From Candidatus Zixiibacteriota bacterium (GTDB lineage Bacteria; RBG-13-66-14; B26-G2; WVWN01), in the NCBI GenBank assembly GCA_011773985.1, contig WVWN01000078.1, forward strand, positions 39,151 through 103,150: 64,000 bases of DNA, given 5' to 3'. Every line of letters starts with the position of its first letter. The stretch's first letter is position 1. The notes under the pieces were generated by a model that saw only the letters and a program-made list of their open reading frames with translations, was not told where the DNA came from and searched no databases. The translations under genes were made by a program, and so were the position numbers. This document shows positions 62,353 to 64,000 of the stretch, one piece after another.

Positions 62353-63327
62353 TTATTCTAAACCGTACTCGCCGAATTTTCGTTTCCAAAACTCCGCCCA
62401 CTCCTCTACGATTTCCCATTCAATAGGCAACCGGTAATCGTCTATATTCGCGTCTACTTCGTCGCGCGTCACGATATCTTCCGGATAAATTATACCGGAC
62501 CGCCAGTACATCGGGACTATTATATTTCTGCGGCCGTCAGTGAATTCGTAGCCTTGCTTTTTCGAGCAAAATATGAACCCTACGTACTCGAAGTCGTCAG
62601 ACCCCTCGTTATTGGACGCTACGTGTACCCCCGTAGGCCCCGAGAACTCGCAAGGCCCCGGCCCCTTGCGGCCGAACTTCCCTAAAAAACTCCCGGCCCG
62701 CGTAAAATATTGGACGTCGCACCTCATATAGTCTATGACGTAGACGTTTCCGCTCGGCGCGGTTGCGACGCCTTCCGGGAACCTGAATTGGCCGTCGCCG
62801 CCGCCGTACGTTCCCCATTTATTGAGAAAGCTGCCGTCCTTCGAGAATCGCTGGATACGATAATTAAAAGAATCGGCTACGTAAACGCCGTAATCGGGCG
62901 ATATTGCGATACTGAACGGATATTTGAACTCGCCGTCGCCGGCCCCACTCTTTCCCCATTTCCCCAAAAACGAGCCGTCGGCCGTAAAGTACTGTACGCG
63001 GTTATTCACCTTTTCGGTGACGTATATCGTCGAGTCGGGCCCGGCGGCAATTCCTACCGGCTCGTTGAACTGGCCGTCGCCGCTCCCCAGCGTGCCCCAC
63101 TGGCCTAAGTATTCGCCGGTCAACGCAAAGTACTGGACGCGGTTATTCCCCCAGTCCACTACGTAAACCCTGCCGTTCGGCGCCACGGTAACATCGTAAG
63201 GACCTTCGAATTGGCCGTTACCCGGCCCCCGCGTTCCCCACTTATACCAATAAACGTACGTATCACCGTACGCGGCGGAGAAAACAAAAACCCCCACGCC
63301 GGCCCACCGGGCCAACCTGGGTAGCAT
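62353..63327 (-). CDS. secreted NHL-repeat beta-propeller protein
   Basis: Signal peptide MLPRLARWAGVGVFVFSAAYG (start at internal ATG 63327). Five or more NHL repeats with a recurring NNRVQYF / NYRIQRF motif. Unknown about 90-aa C-terminal domain. Confidence 0.65.
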   Translation of the reverse strand: MLPRLARWAGVGVFVFSAAYGDTYVYWYKWGTRGPGNGQFEGPYDVTVAPNGRVYVVDWGNNRVQYFALTGEYLGQWGTLGSGDGQFNEPVGIAAGPDSTIYVTEKVNNRVQYFTADGSFLGKWGKSGAGDGEFKYPFSIAISPDYGVYVADSFNYRIQRFSKDGSFLNKWGTYGGGDGQFRFPEGVATAPSGNVYVIDYMRCDVQYFTRAGSFLGKFGRKGPGPCEFSGPTGVHVASNNEGSDDFEYVGFIFCSKKQGYEFTDGRRNIIVPMYWRSGIIYPEDIVTRDEVDANIDDYRLPIEWEIVEEWAEFWKRKFGEYGLE

Positions 63328-63385
63328 ACTGGTGCGCCGGCGGCTCGAGCCGCCGCGGCCTTCGCTCCCTTTACCCCTTTTCACA

Positions 63386-63514
63386 CTAAGCCGAGTTATT
63401 CCCTCGCCCCGGGTTGACGCCGTAGTTGCGGTAGAATTCGTACATGAAGTCGTGGACTTCCGCCGGCTTCGGGAACGTCGTGGAGGCGTTGTCGAGATAA
63501 ACTATTTCGGTCAC
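63386..63514 (-). pseudogene. remnant of a cysteine desulfurase (IscS/NifS/SufS-type) N-terminus
   Basis: GTG at 63514 opens (M)TEIVYLDNASTTFPKPAEVHDFMYEFYRNYGVNPGRGNNSA, then stops after 42 codons. YLDNA[AS]TT...P..V is the conserved aminotransferase class V N-terminus. No continuation in any frame. Confidence 0.4.
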
Positions 63515-63699
63515 GTAATTATCCTACGGCGATTATTTTGGGGAAACGGATAGCGGTCCGGCCGCGGCTCCGTATCGACCGCGGAGGCGCGTTCTTAGTC
63601 TATTTATCCATATACTTTTACGGGGGCCCTAAAAGGCGACGTTGTCATCGCGGCGGCGTTCGGTATCCCGTATCTCCTAATGGAATACGCCGCCCTTAA

Positions 63700-64000
63700 T
63701 TATATACAGAACGCCATCCTGTAAAGCTCCGTGGAGAAGTACCTCTCGCCGCGGTCGGGCAAGACCGTGACGACCCTCTTGCCCGGGCCGAGCCGTTTGG
63801 CCTCCCTTTGTGCGGCGATGACGTTCGCCCCGGAGGAGATCCCGACGAGGAGGCCCAGGCGGGCCGTCAGCTCGCGGGCCATTTCGAGGGCGTCGTCCGA
63901 GGTCGTGGTCTCAATGGCGTCGATGAGGGCCGTGTTTATGAGGTTGGGGACAAAGCCGTCGCCCAAACCCTGGATTTTGTGTTTGCCGGGTTCGCCGCCC
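63700..64000 (-). CDS. cysK: cysteine synthase (O-acetylserine sulfhydrylase) family, C-terminal part; the gene continues beyond the window
   Basis: ...LVGISSGANVIAAQREAKRLGPGKRVVTVLPDRGERYFSTELY matches the CysK/CysM C-terminal PLP-domain end. The ORF is open to the window edge. Confidence 0.6.
   Translation of the reverse strand, partial: GGEPGKHKIQGLGDGFVPNLINTALIDAIETTTSDDALEMARELTARLGLLVGISSGANVIAAQREAKRLGPGKRVVTVLPDRGERYFSTELYRMAFCI

Noticed and set aside
1-64000. CRISPR arrays, insertion sequences, integrases, restriction-modification or other recognisable defence or mobile modules.
   Set aside because: No direct-repeat/spacer periodicity, no transposase/integrase-like ORFs, no inverted-repeat-bounded segments and no helicase/nuclease/methylase defence signatures were found. 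The only tRNA (53332..53404) is not flanked by an integrase.

Overview
High-GC (~65%) bacterial chromosomal window, probably from an uncultivated lineage. It is densely coding, has no rRNA, CRISPR array or mobile element, and carries one tRNA-Ala(CGC). Bacterial hallmarks are present: zapA, bacterial-type pheST, and a type IX secretion (T9SS) C-terminal sorting domain on an FG-GAP protein. Housekeeping genes: ROK sugar kinase, zapB-like/zapA, pheS/pheT preceded by an Hsp15-like S4 gene, rlmB, thyX, nnr, an aroB-like gene, cysK (partial), an ECF-type ABC transporter, and a Crp/Fnr regulator with a ferredoxin. Notable gene sets: (1) A central-carbon cluster: a sucC-like ATP-grasp subunit carrying a C-terminal 2x[4Fe-4S] ferredoxin domain, a sucD-like subunit, an MFS transporter, and a 258-aa protein that is only the C-terminal half of citrate synthase (citryl-CoA-lyase-like). 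It is followed by two LeuC/LeuD-like aconitase-family pairs flanking a prokaryotic-type NADP isocitrate dehydrogenase. Together these suggest a two-step citryl-CoA synthetase/lyase route. (2) Archaeal-type gatD and gatE in a bacterium, separated by a radical-SAM enzyme (a paralog lies at 41.1 kb) and a small prenyltransferase/squalene-oxidase-repeat protein that sits 18 nt downstream of gatE. (3) A compact epimerase/dehydratase - serine-palmitoyltransferase-like alpha-oxoamine synthase - GNAT operon resembling the bacterial ceramide synthesis set (CerR/Spt/bCerS). (4) Three otherwise unrelated secreted proteins share a conserved C-terminal tail SLG[RK]V[KR]ALF-x, a candidate undescribed sorting or recognition tag. 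One member has its signal peptide separated from the body by a single in-frame TGA, and a second is split over three frames. (5) Gene decay elsewhere: a membrane glycosyltransferase-like gene with three in-frame stops and a 42-codon cysteine-desulfurase stub. Also present: a DsrE-like/TusA sulfur-relay pair, a class III nucleotidyl cyclase fused to a helical repeat region, tandem duplicated small TPR genes, and apparently non-canonical start codons for icd and thyX. Arginine-rich antisense ORFs in the six-frame track are treated as GC-driven shadow ORFs.
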